64,000 nucleotides of DNA. It comes from a virus. Lineage: Duplodnaviria > Heunggongvirae > Uroviricota > Caudoviricetes. A model generated the notes under the pieces. The model saw only the letters and a program-made list of their open reading frames with translations, did not search any database and was not told the DNA's origin. The position numbers were made by a program, and so were the translations under genes. Position 1 is the first letter of the stretch. Every line of letters starts with the position of its first letter. The stretch lies in the IMG/VR virus record IMGVR_UViG_3300023203_000736; one strand, 5' to 3'. This document shows positions 9,069 to 17,959 of this stretch, in pieces.

Positions 9069-9856
9069 ATTGGCAACTCCGTTTGATTGGGGACCGGCTG
9101 CCGGTCCACCCAGTCGAACACGCCGACCGTGCCGCTATCGTCGATGCACACGTAACCATTGGTGTGCTCAGCCCAGGTGCCGCAGTTGTAGTTCCAAGTG
9201 CAGAGGCGGCCGGGCTGGTGCGTATGGCCCGTTATAAACACGTCGCAATCCGCCTTGAGGTAAAGGTCGTGCAGGTTGCGGTTGATTTCGACGAACCGAT
9301 CCGGCTTGCCTCGCAGCCAGTTCCATTTGCTCACAAGCCACTCCATGCGGCTCAATGAGCGAGCTTCCACCGTGCGGTACTTGTCGAGCATGGGGCCGCC
9401 GTTGCGGTCCTCTCGCAATCCGGTGTAGATTGCGGTGATCCGGCCGAGACCTGGCGTGTCGCCTACGCAGTATGGGTCCGCCTCGTGGCCGTGGAGGAAG
9501 CGGAACAATCTGCCGCCCTTATTGAGGCAGCAGCCGAGACACATCCGCTCGAAGAAGGGATGCGCCAGCCATCCGCCCTGTCCGACGAAGTAACGCAGAT
9601 CGGCGTCATGGTTCCCCAGAATGTAGGTGGCCTGCATCTTCGCCAGCCGATCAAGGAGCGACATCCGTTTCGTGAGTACCTTGCTCATGTTGCTCTGCCA
9701 CAACTCGAACAGGTCGCCGCAGATCACCAGCCGGCCGGCGTTGTCCTCGACCATATCGAGGAACGAGGCCAATTGCTTTTCACGATCGCCATACGCGAAA
9801 TTGTCGCGCGGCCCGCCGTCGCCCATGTGAAGATCACTGATTGCATAAACCGGCAT
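9065..9856 (-). CDS. Calcineurin-like metallophosphoesterase.
   Basis: The motif series is SDLHMGDG, GDLFE, GNHD, GHTHQ. Confidence 0.7.
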   Translation of the reverse strand: MPVYAISDLHMGDGGPRDNFAYGDREKQLASFLDMVEDNAGRLVICGDLFELWQSNMSKVLTKRMSLLDRLAKMQATYILGNHDADLRYFVGQGGWLAHPFFERMCLGCCLNKGGRLFRFLHGHEADPYCVGDTPGLGRITAIYTGLREDRNGGPMLDKYRTVEARSLSRMEWLVSKWNWLRGKPDRFVEINRNLHDLYLKADCDVFITGHTHQPGRLCTWNYNCGTWAEHTNGYVCIDDSGTVGVFDWVDRQPVPNQTELPI

Positions 9857-9877
9857 AAAGCCTCCTTTGTCTCAAAA

Positions 9878-9949
9878 AGCCAGCGGCAGGGGTCGAACCT
9901 GCAACCTGCTGATTACAAGTCAGCCGCTCTTCCGTTGAGCTACACTGGC
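9878..9949 (-). tRNA. tRNA-Thr (anticodon TGT).
   Basis: Hand-folded as GCCAGTG-TA-GCTC-AACGGAA-GAGC-G-GCTGA-CTTGTAA-TCAGC-AGGTT-GCAGG-TTCGACC-CCTGC-CGCTGGC-T. The acceptor stem has 7 bp with one G-U pair. The D, anticodon and T arms are canonical. Confidence 0.8.
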
Positions 9950-10132
9950 TCCCAGTCCGATCACGACTGCGCGTCGGCGCTGGTCGTCTCGGCTTGGACC
10001 TCCTCGCACGGGGCGGTGTCGCACGGAGCCGCATCGGCGGCTTCGGTGCGTGGAGCCTCGGGAAGAGTCTGCTCTTCCGACTGAGGGCGGGTCTGGGTTT
10101 CGTCGTGCGTCATTGCGAGCACTCCTGTGGGG

Positions 10133-10306
10133 TTAGAAATGGGCAGGGCGTCCGGTGCGATTCGCAATCGCAAGTCCCTGCTTGATAGCCTTCTTCTTTG
10201 CAGCCTTGCGGCTGGCCGAATTGCCCGGCGTGTAGGTGTAAACCGTGCCGGTCTCGCCGTAACGGTAGCCAGGCTTTCCGTCCTTCGTTGTCCGTTGAAT
10301 GGGCAT
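10133..10306 (-). CDS. Small basic protein (57 aa).
   Basis: MPIQRTTKDGKPGYRYGETGTVYTYTPGNSASRKAAKKKAIKQ... It lies downstream of the HAD gene, and the stop and start overlap by 1 nt. Confidence 0.35.
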   Translation of the reverse strand: MPIQRTTKDGKPGYRYGETGTVYTYTPGNSASRKAAKKKAIKQGLAIANRTGRPAHF

Positions 10307-10866
10307 CAGGGTCTCCAAAACTGCTCGCCGAGATAGGCCACTGGATCGCGGCCGTGCAGCGAGTTCCACGGTCGGGGCACGAGGATCGCATTGCCGCCGC
10401 ATCGCTGAAATGCGGCGACGTTCTTGTCGCTGTCGTCGATCAGTAGGACGCCGGGCTTCGCACACAGATGCTTGGAAGGCCCGATGAGGAACTGCCGTTG
10501 CATCCACTTCGGGGCATGTTGCTGAATCCATTCCAGCTTTCCAGCCAGACAGTCGGCACTCAGCGTTGGACTGGTAAGGAAGTGAACATGCTCCTGGCCG
10601 ACCCTGGCCTCGGCCCATCCCAAGATGAAGCCGAACTCCGGTGAAAGCGGGACACCGGCCCAGATTTCACGGGTGATTGAGTTCCAAAACGCGGCCGGCG
10701 TGAATCGCTCATAGCCAGCCAGCCGATTCGCGGCACTCACGATGTCCCAGCCGCATTCGACCGGGTAGTGCGAGTCATCGGGATACGGCAGTCGGAGGTA
10801 ATCAAACACATGCTTGTGGAACGTATTGGAAACGCCGTCGATGTCCAGCAGGATGTTCTCAATCAT
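10306..10866 (-). CDS. HAD-superfamily nucleotidase-like phosphatase (paralog of 3547-4065).
   Basis: ILLDIDGVSN (DxDG) and LLIDDSDKNV...ILVPRPWN run colinear with LLIDDREDNV...LLCPRPWN in the paralog. Confidence 0.6.
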   Translation of the reverse strand: MIENILLDIDGVSNTFHKHVFDYLRLPYPDDSHYPVECGWDIVSAANRLAGYERFTPAAFWNSITREIWAGVPLSPEFGFILGWAEARVGQEHVHFLTSPTLSADCLAGKLEWIQQHAPKWMQRQFLIGPSKHLCAKPGVLLIDDSDKNVAAFQRCGGNAILVPRPWNSLHGRDPVAYLGEQFWRP

Positions 10867-11533
10867 CGGCGTATTCCGGGCAGCGTTCCTTGAGGCGCTT
10901 GTACAGCTTGCCGCGCCTTACAGTTACCGTGTTTTCAGCCATTCCAAGAGCCTCTCCGATCTCCCGGTCGTTGTAGCCTTCAATCCGCATTTCCACGATT
11001 CGCATGTCCTTTTGATCGAGACAACACGCCCTGATTTCTTCCTCAAGCTCCGGCCCCGCGAACAGATCAACGGCAAACCGTTTCGCGCAGAGGGTCTCAG
11101 CCGCGCTACCCCCAATCGTGCGCGGAGGCGTGATTGGCTGGTCCTTCTTTCGCGCAGCCTCTTGGGAGGCGTGAGGAATCACAATTGTGGATTCCTCGTC
11201 CAGCAACTTGTCGATGCGCTGGTCAATCGCCGTGTAGATGTAGCCGGTGGGATTGATCTTCTTTGCCCGAGTTCCCTTCTGCATTCGATCGACCGCCGCA
11301 CACAACCCCGACACGCCTGCCGAAATCATGTCTTCGCGCATGTGGGCCATCTTGGGGTTCCGTCGCAGGTAGTGGTCCACGCGCAATACCACCAACGCCG
11401 CATTGCCCAGGATCATCTCGTCACGCGCCTTGTCGTCGCCGGCAATCAGGCGTTGGTATACCTCCTCGTTCTTCTTTCGAGAAAACGCCTTGGTATGACC
11501 GGCGGCGCGGCAATGCTCCATCAGATTCATCAT
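10859..11533 (-). CDS. Sigma-70 family RNA polymerase sigma factor.
   Basis: The region-2-like block is QRLIAGDDKARDEMILGNAALVV. The region-4 HTH is REIGEALGMAENTVTVRRGKLYKRLKE. Start is taken at MMNLMEH, which overlaps the upstream stop as ATGA. Confidence 0.65.
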   Translation of the reverse strand: MMNLMEHCRAAGHTKAFSRKKNEEVYQRLIAGDDKARDEMILGNAALVVLRVDHYLRRNPKMAHMREDMISAGVSGLCAAVDRMQKGTRAKKINPTGYIYTAIDQRIDKLLDEESTIVIPHASQEAARKKDQPITPPRTIGGSAAETLCAKRFAVDLFAGPELEEEIRACCLDQKDMRIVEMRIEGYNDREIGEALGMAENTVTVRRGKLYKRLKERCPEYADD

Positions 11534-12099
11534 GGTGCTGTCCGATCCACTCGCCAAAGACAGTAGGTGTAGAGGCCACGGTTTTCGCAGGCTTTGCGCG
11601 AGTAAGAAAACTCGAATCCATCGGGATCGAAGATGCGTCCCTTCTCGTAGGCGAGAAGGTGATAACATCGAGGCCCCTGGCATTCGATGACGCCGCGAGA
11701 GGTCAAGAGTTGACGAGTGAATCGACTCCAGTTCTCTTCGTCAGTGCCAACGAGTGTTTTCCGCGCCGGGTCGTTGGCCGGTTCGATCGCCGCCCGCAAG
11801 GGAATCGGCGTCACGGCGTACCCCAGGTCCACGGCGACCTGGATCAACTCGTAGATGTTGTGACTGCGACGATTGGCCGGCTCCGGCAGATCGGGGAAGA
11901 TCACTTCTCCACCGTCATGCCCCAGCCGCTTCATCAAATCGGCGGCGGGGATGCCCAGCGCCATTGCAAACGCCGTTACGGCGCATTGCCATCGTTCATG
12001 CTTGATCTGCAACTTCACGTTCCGCCTCCAGGCGAGCGAGTTCATCGAGCAGTTCGTCGATGTCTGGAACGTCTCCCCAAGAGTCCTTCCAGAACTCAC
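11530..12099 (-). CDS. Hypothetical protein, possibly with a papain-like Cys/His fold.
   Basis: CAVTAFAMALG ... CYHLLAYEKGRIFDPDGF. The start is uncertain; an internal Met is at 12045. Confidence 0.4.
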   Translation of the reverse strand: MSSGRTLGETFQTSTNCSMNSLAWRRNVKLQIKHERWQCAVTAFAMALGIPAADLMKRLGHDGGEVIFPDLPEPANRRSHNIYELIQVAVDLGYAVTPIPLRAAIEPANDPARKTLVGTDEENWSRFTRQLLTSRGVIECQGPRCYHLLAYEKGRIFDPDGFEFSYSRKACENRGLYTYCLWRVDRTAP

Positions 12100-12415
12100 G
12101 CCAATTGGGCGGCGCGAACAGCTTGTCGTATTCCTCTTGGGTCGCGGCCGTAAGAATCCAGATGCCGCAACCGTACCGCTCCCACACGGGCCACTTGATC
12201 TTCTGCTCGCGCGTGAAGCTGTACTTGCCGGGGGTCTTTACGTCGATCCACCGGCCGCCCCATTTCGGATGATGGCAATAGAGATCAGGAATCCCGTACT
12301 GATAGGCGTTCCCGATCATCCGCTCGACAAGCCAGTTCCTCGCTTTGAGGAACGTGATTAGGTCGCGCTGAATGTACCATTCCGGCCCATGCTTAGGCCG
12401 TATGATACGCTTCAT
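11996..12415 (-). CDS. Putative VRR-NUC-like nuclease.
   Basis: Start MKRIIRPKHGPEWY. YGIPDLYCHH ... RWIDVKTPGK resembles the PD...(D/E)xK core of VRR-NUC. ATGA overlap with the upstream gene. Confidence 0.35.
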   Translation of the reverse strand: MKRIIRPKHGPEWYIQRDLITFLKARNWLVERMIGNAYQYGIPDLYCHHPKWGGRWIDVKTPGKYSFTREQKIKWPVWERYGCGIWILTAATQEEYDKLFAPPNWREFWKDSWGDVPDIDELLDELARLEAEREVADQA

Positions 12416-12606
12416 TCGTCGAGGATGGTGAACTGCTCGGGATGGGTCTTCACGGCATCCAAGTCGATCGTGAATCGGCCGGTGTGATCCTTGCCGAAGC
12501 CAATCAGGGCTTCGCAGAAGGGACCGTAGCGCCTCGTCATGCGGGGCGCGTCGTCCATCACCATGCCTGCCGGAATCACGATGTCCTGCTCGATTCGGAC
12601 TTTCAT
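12412..12606 (-). CDS. Hypothetical 64-aa protein.
   Basis: The ORF is coupled to its neighbours by 4-nt overlaps. Confidence 0.3.
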   Translation of the reverse strand: MKVRIEQDIVIPAGMVMDDAPRMTRRYGPFCEALIGFGKDHTGRFTIDLDAVKTHPEQFTILDE

Positions 12607-13013
12607 TTCTTCTCCGGTTTCTTCTCGGCCGGCTTAGCCGGCTTCTCTGTTCTCTTCTTTCTCGCAAAGCACCAGCGAAGCAACCGCCAGTACCACGGCA
12701 AGATGGTCGTGTCGATGTACTTGCCGTTGTCCCACACGACGGTCTTTGTCTCGACGCCATTCAGTTGAGTCACCCGCATGACGCGAACCTTCTCCTTGCG
12801 GTAGCGCACACGGGCATTCAGGATCGCCATGCGCGCAGCCTTCAATTCGGCCGGTCGCAGGTTCTTGACGACTCCCACTTCGACGCGCGGCCAGGGGAAC
12901 CACAACCGTCGCCAGACCTTCGCCACCGACCAAACGTAATCAGGGGCAAACGTCTGGATGTTGTCGTACCCGGACACCGCAGCAAGGTAGGTCTGTATCT
13001 TGAAAACGGTCAT
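12603..13013 (-). CDS. Hypothetical protein.
   Basis: Start is taken at MTVFKIQTYLAAV. The longer ORF's N-terminal extension overlaps the polymerase gene. Confidence 0.35.
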   Translation of the reverse strand: MTVFKIQTYLAAVSGYDNIQTFAPDYVWSVAKVWRRLWFPWPRVEVGVVKNLRPAELKAARMAILNARVRYRKEKVRVMRVTQLNGVETKTVVWDNGKYIDTTILPWYWRLLRWCFARKKRTEKPAKPAEKKPEKK

Positions 13014-13186
13014 GGGACCACCCAGATCGGAACCCACCTTGCCAAGATGGTAGAATGCTCGTGTGGTGGTGGGGTGCAAAGGGGAATGTGGGTCAAGCCT
13101 GGTGAACTTGGCCCAGCGGAGAAAGCGTTGAAGCGCTAAAAACGCCGAGCGAGTACCCCGTCCCGTCCCCACCACCACACTGTTTC

Positions 13187-15757
13187 TCACATCATTTCCG
13201 GCGCGCGGATTTTGACCTTTTCCGCTCCGTCCTTCTTCTCAGCCCAGTTGGCCATCTCCTCGAACCAGGACATGCCGATCAGCGGCACCTTGTCACGGTA
13301 GGACTCGACGACACGGCGAACCGTTGCCGTCACCTGCTTCACGACGCTCGGGTGCGTGCTGCACATGAGTTCGTCGTGGACGTTCATCGGGCCGACGAGA
13401 AGCTCATGGATTCCCGCCGGTTGGATGTCCCAGATTGCCCGCTGCACGGCCTTCGTGATCTGGCCGCCAGGCGATTGAATCTCATGGTTGGCCGCCGCTC
13501 GCATGTTGGCGGCTTGAATCTGGAAGGCGGCTCCATACAAGGCGCTGGCGACGGCACCGCCGGCGGTCTGAATCCTGTCACTGCGATGAACCTTGACTGG
13601 GTGGTTCCGCCAGCCTTTGGGCGGCTTCCGAGCAAGCTCAAACAGCGCCCGGCAAATCTTGTTCTCCAAAGTGAAGTAGCGGCGGAATCCCAGGAAGCTC
13701 TCGACAAACTCGGCCGGTTCGTCCCACACAACCTGCGAGCCGATGCCTCCGGGTTGCTTCATCGAGCAGAACTTCTTTATCGTCCGCTCGCGGGCCTTGC
13801 CGATGCCCTTGTACCGATTGGCCCATTCCTCGTGAGCCTTCCTGGCTTGCGCCTCGCTGATGCTCAGGTTGCGTTGCAGCGTCTTTTCGTTGCCACCGTA
13901 AATCTCAGCGAAGACGCCGCTCTTGCCCTTCTTGTACTTCTCCTTGTCCGCGACCACTTCCTCATAGCTGCAATCGAAGAGAACCATGCCGAAGAGGGCG
14001 TGTATCTTTTTGGTTCCAATGCCGGTCCCATCGCACTCCTCGCACTCATGTGTGCCAGTGCCGTGGCACTTTCGGCACTTCTTCGAGTGGCACTTGCCTG
14101 TGCCGTTACACTCGATGCAAGGTGCCTTCGTTATGAGGGTCTTACGAATCTCAGGGTCGTTGTAGACCGCATCCGCAATCGTGACCTCGAAGCTATCAAA
14201 GTCGCCGCCGCAGAGGTTGTAACCCGGCCATGCCAGGGGAAACATGCAGCGGACTTCATCCGAACCCTTGATGCCTTGGGCATTCAGACCATCGCCGCCG
14301 CTCATGCGGTTGCTGAGCGTGCCCACGATGTTGAAGCTCGCGTGGAACTTGCCAGCGAAGATCAGCTTGGTGAAAAGCTCGACCTCCTTGACCGCGTGCT
14401 TGACCGTCAATAGTTCCTTGGCTCGCACGGCGGCAGGATGTTCCTGACCGGCGGTAAGGTGGCCGAGTCCGTTACATCGCTTGCAGATGCCGTCTTTCAG
14501 TCGGCCAGTTCCGCCGCACTTCAGGCAGTGCTCATGGACATGGATTCCATCCCAAGCCTCCACGCCCGCCGTACCGATCTCGTCTTCGTCATCGTCATCT
14601 TCATCCTCGATGACCTTGTATTTGGTTGTGGCTTCCAGGTTCTGCTTCTTCGTCGATTCCTGAATTTTGAGGCTCTCAATGTCGTCCATGACCTCCATCA
14701 GGTAGGCCCGGACGGCGGCCGGCTTGTTGATGTTCACGGGCGAGGCGGCGACCACCGCCTTCGCCTTCTCCAGCAAGCCCTCCATGCCCTCCACGTTGAT
14801 TGTGAAGCCACGCCAGCGAATCACCGGGACCATGCAGGCGAGAATCGAATCGTCGTCGCCCGGCGTCGGATAGCCAAAGTGCTTATCGAGCGCCCGCGTG
14901 TAAACGATGTCGTCCGTCGCGTAGTCCCGAGCGTCCGGGCGGTTAGCCCAGTGCTCGATGAAATGATGAATGACTGCGGGCCAGGCTCGGCCGGCGAGCT
15001 TCTGCTTGCCGTCCTTTTCCGACCATACTTCCCAGTTCTTTTCAGGGCTGCTCACCGCCAGGGCGGTTGGAGCATAGCCGACTTCGTAGGGCCGCCACGC
15101 TGGATCAGGTTCGACATCCTTGTAGTGGTACTTCGGGGTCAATCCCATCGCGTGTTCAGCAAGGAACTTCAAGCCGCCCGCCGGATTGAATCTCAGGCAT
15201 ACGTCCTTGAAGTCCTCATCCACCAATCCGTCGCGGTTGCGACGATCGAACACCTGCCACTTCGGGGCGTCCTTGTCCGCACTCTTGGCGAAGTAGATGT
15301 CGTCAAGCTCGATGCGTTGCTCCAACCCCTGCGCCAACGCATACGCCAGCGCGGTGGGCACCTTCCGTATCCTGATGTCCTCACGAGCCATCAGGCTTTG
15401 GTACGGTCCCTTACGGGAGTGCAACAGCAGGTCAAGGGCGCTGGCCGGCTTCACGCAGGGGCCGTCCTGCCCTTTTGGCTCCAGCAGGGCAATCTCCTCG
15501 ATATGCTCGCAAGGAATCCAACTGGGATCAGCCAGGCGAAACGTCGTGTAGGTCTTGACGATATGGAACCAGTCGAAAGCCAGGTTGAAGCCGACAACCG
15601 TGTGTTCACACAGCCACTCGATCAGCGCAAGGGTCTCGCGGATCGGCCGTCGCCAGACTTCGTACAATGCAATAGGGCCTTCTCCCTCCGCATACTGGAG
15701 GAGCACCATCTGCGAGTGTAGTCCGCAGGTTTCTGTATCAAGGTAGACTTTGCTCAT
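13187..15757 (-). CDS. Family A DNA polymerase with 3'-5' exonuclease and two inserted DnaJ-type zinc-finger arrays.
   Basis: Exo I is YLDTETCG. Pol motif A is CGGDFDSFEV, motif B is KSGVFAEIYGGN and motif C is NVHDELM. The inserts are CLKCGGTG/CKRCNGLG (near 14461-14527) and CIECNGTG/CRKCHGTG/CEECDGTG (near 14023-14119). Confidence 0.85.
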   Translation of the reverse strand: MSKVYLDTETCGLHSQMVLLQYAEGEGPIALYEVWRRPIRETLALIEWLCEHTVVGFNLAFDWFHIVKTYTTFRLADPSWIPCEHIEEIALLEPKGQDGPCVKPASALDLLLHSRKGPYQSLMAREDIRIRKVPTALAYALAQGLEQRIELDDIYFAKSADKDAPKWQVFDRRNRDGLVDEDFKDVCLRFNPAGGLKFLAEHAMGLTPKYHYKDVEPDPAWRPYEVGYAPTALAVSSPEKNWEVWSEKDGKQKLAGRAWPAVIHHFIEHWANRPDARDYATDDIVYTRALDKHFGYPTPGDDDSILACMVPVIRWRGFTINVEGMEGLLEKAKAVVAASPVNINKPAAVRAYLMEVMDDIESLKIQESTKKQNLEATTKYKVIEDEDDDDEDEIGTAGVEAWDGIHVHEHCLKCGGTGRLKDGICKRCNGLGHLTAGQEHPAAVRAKELLTVKHAVKEVELFTKLIFAGKFHASFNIVGTLSNRMSGGDGLNAQGIKGSDEVRCMFPLAWPGYNLCGGDFDSFEVTIADAVYNDPEIRKTLITKAPCIECNGTGKCHSKKCRKCHGTGTHECEECDGTGIGTKKIHALFGMVLFDCSYEEVVADKEKYKKGKSGVFAEIYGGNEKTLQRNLSISEAQARKAHEEWANRYKGIGKARERTIKKFCSMKQPGGIGSQVVWDEPAEFVESFLGFRRYFTLENKICRALFELARKPPKGWRNHPVKVHRSDRIQTAGGAVASALYGAAFQIQAANMRAAANHEIQSPGGQITKAVQRAIWDIQPAGIHELLVGPMNVHDELMCSTHPSVVKQVTATVRRVVESYRDKVPLIGMSWFEEMANWAEKKDGAEKVKIRAPEMM

Positions 15758-16149
15758 GGCACAGATGGTTGCGGCTTGAAGACCTTGTAGCCGTCCTCGT
15801 CGTAAGACAGGTCTGCGTAGTAGCGTTTGTCGAGCGACTTCCGTTCGGCGTCCCTCTCCAGAGAGAAACGTTCATACCGCTCTTCCGCATCCCATGCCTT
15901 GAGCGCTTTCTTTAGCGTCGGAAAGACCCCAAGATGTGCGCCCTTGTAGGTGGCCGTGATACGGTCTCCCACCACCTCGACGCCTTGGCCGAAGGGCAGA
16001 AGCCTTCGGGCCTTGGGCGGCGGGATGGGGCGCTTCTGTGCGATCGCTTCTTTGACGGTTTCCGCTTCGTCCTCTTCCAGACGGTAGATCACTTTGCCGT
16101 TTGGGAGTCTGACAGCGAATTGAAAGTCGTTCTCGTATTGGTCGTACAT
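15754..16149 (-). CDS. Hypothetical protein.
   Basis: 131-aa ORF whose stop overlaps the polymerase start. Confidence 0.45.
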   Translation of the reverse strand: MYDQYENDFQFAVRLPNGKVIYRLEEDEAETVKEAIAQKRPIPPPKARRLLPFGQGVEVVGDRITATYKGAHLGVFPTLKKALKAWDAEERYERFSLERDAERKSLDKRYYADLSYDEDGYKVFKPQPSVP

Positions 16150-16300
16150 GGTGTAAACTCAGAGGGCCTCGGCATTCCACACGGCTTCCCATCCGGCTAT
16201 GACGGGAATACCGTTACTGCCAGCCAGCAGTCCTAGTCGCCAGCCGTGTGGTCTATAGGTTCAGCGCTGCTGCGCGCCGAGGCCCTCTGATGATTCAGGG

Positions 16301-17935
16301 CTAGTTGCGAATGAAGTCCGCCATCAAGGCAGGGCAGGATGCGTCGAATCCGACGACATCCAACATGCCGGCGTCGTTCGGGTCGGCGATCGTAAACCCG
16401 GTGGCCGTCATGCCAACGACAATCAGCTTGGCATTGATGCCCGTGGCCTGACGGTACTGCATGAGGGCCTGGCTGGGATGGATGTGCCCAGCCCAGGTCT
16501 CATTGTCCGTGTAGACCACGAAAGCATCGACTTCGAGCCGATTCTTGAGGGCATAGATCATCGGGAGAGCGCAGTCGGTGCCGCCCATCGGAATCTGCTC
16601 GATCGCCTGGATCACGCCGTTGAGACCCTTCCGTTTCGAGATGTCCACGGGCACCAGTTCGTGCGAGAAGCCGACCACGTGAGTCTGCGGCTCGACCTTC
16701 TGAGTCACCATCGACATGCAGGCTGAAGCCTTTCGGGCGTCCAGGTGCGTGCCGGCTAGGTGCTCCCAACCCATCGACCCGGACACGTCCAGGGCCAGCA
16801 AGTGCCGCTTGCCGGTCGGCTCGACGGTATCGAAGGCCGCGTAGAAGGCGTCCTCCAAGGCGTCGGTGATCTGGGGCACCGGCTGCCACGTCAGGCTGCC
16901 TTTGACGCCGTGGCCGCTACCATAGGTGTCGGCCGCGATCAGGATAGACAGCGGATGCACGCGAGCGCCTTTGAGCCGCTCCTTGTTCGTGAGCGTGTCG
17001 CACACCAGCTTCGTCGCCAACGACAGCGGTTTGAGCAGGCCAACGCTGGTCATCTTGCCGAGGTTCCGAATCATGGCCGTGGGCGGCAGATTCGGTAGCA
17101 AGGCGTCCCAAACCTTCGGGTTGCCCAGCAGCGTGTTGGGCACGTGTTCCAGGGTCACGCCATAATTCTGAATCAACTGGATGGCTGCCTTCTCGTCGGC
17201 AGTACCGAGCTTGTTGATCTCGTTAAAGCCAGCAATGAGGGCCAGCGCCTGACCGCCGTAGGCCACAGCGAACCCGGCGCTCCGACCGTTGGTGTATGCC
17301 TCTGGCAGGGTTCCGTGCGTGAGCCAACGATAGATCGCGTTCCGTTGCGAATCAGTTGTCTTCGGATGGCTCAGCCGCAGCACATCGCGGTGCGTGTAGC
17401 CGGCGCGGTTACGGTACTTCGTAACCTGATAGGCCAGCTTATCCGCAGGCTTGGCGTTGTACCAAGCCGCAACCGCCTCACGCAGGCCACGGCCCCAGCC
17501 GCGCAGTTCCTTGCAGTTGGCGACGAACTGGAACAGGTGGGTCGCCGTGCGGCAGACGCGAGGCATCGCGGCCAAGGCTCGATGCCGGAGGTAGCCCTGG
17601 TCCTGCTGGCTCGCCAGCAAAGCCAGGGCGAAGATTGCAGGATCGTTCTTTGGAGCACGTCCCAACTCGCTGATCGCGGCGATCGTCTCGACGGCGCGAA
17701 TGGCGTCGGTCTTCCCGCATTCAATCACCACGTTGGCATTGTCGGCCGTCAACTGCTGCTCGCCCACATAGTAGGTGCCGCCCTCGCTGCCAAGGATCAG
17801 GAACCGCTCCAGACGGCTCCAGCAATCGAGAGTGTGGCTGTAGCCGCCGGCGCTGTTCTCCGCCTGGCGCTTGCCGGGAATCGGCCGGCTCTGCGGAGTA
17901 ACTCGGGACGACACATGCTTGGCAAGGGTCTGCAT
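16301..17935 (-). CDS. rsr: Ro60 ortholog Rsr (TROVE domain plus C-terminal vWA/MIDAS).
   Basis: [22 protein letters not shown] and PAIFALALL are colinear with human Ro60 [22 protein letters not shown] and PMLFALAIC. C-terminal [11 protein letters not shown] is a DxSxS MIDAS motif. Confidence 0.9.
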   Translation of the reverse strand: [544 protein letters not shown]

Positions 17936-17959
17936 CGAACGATCTCCAGGGTAGAAGGA

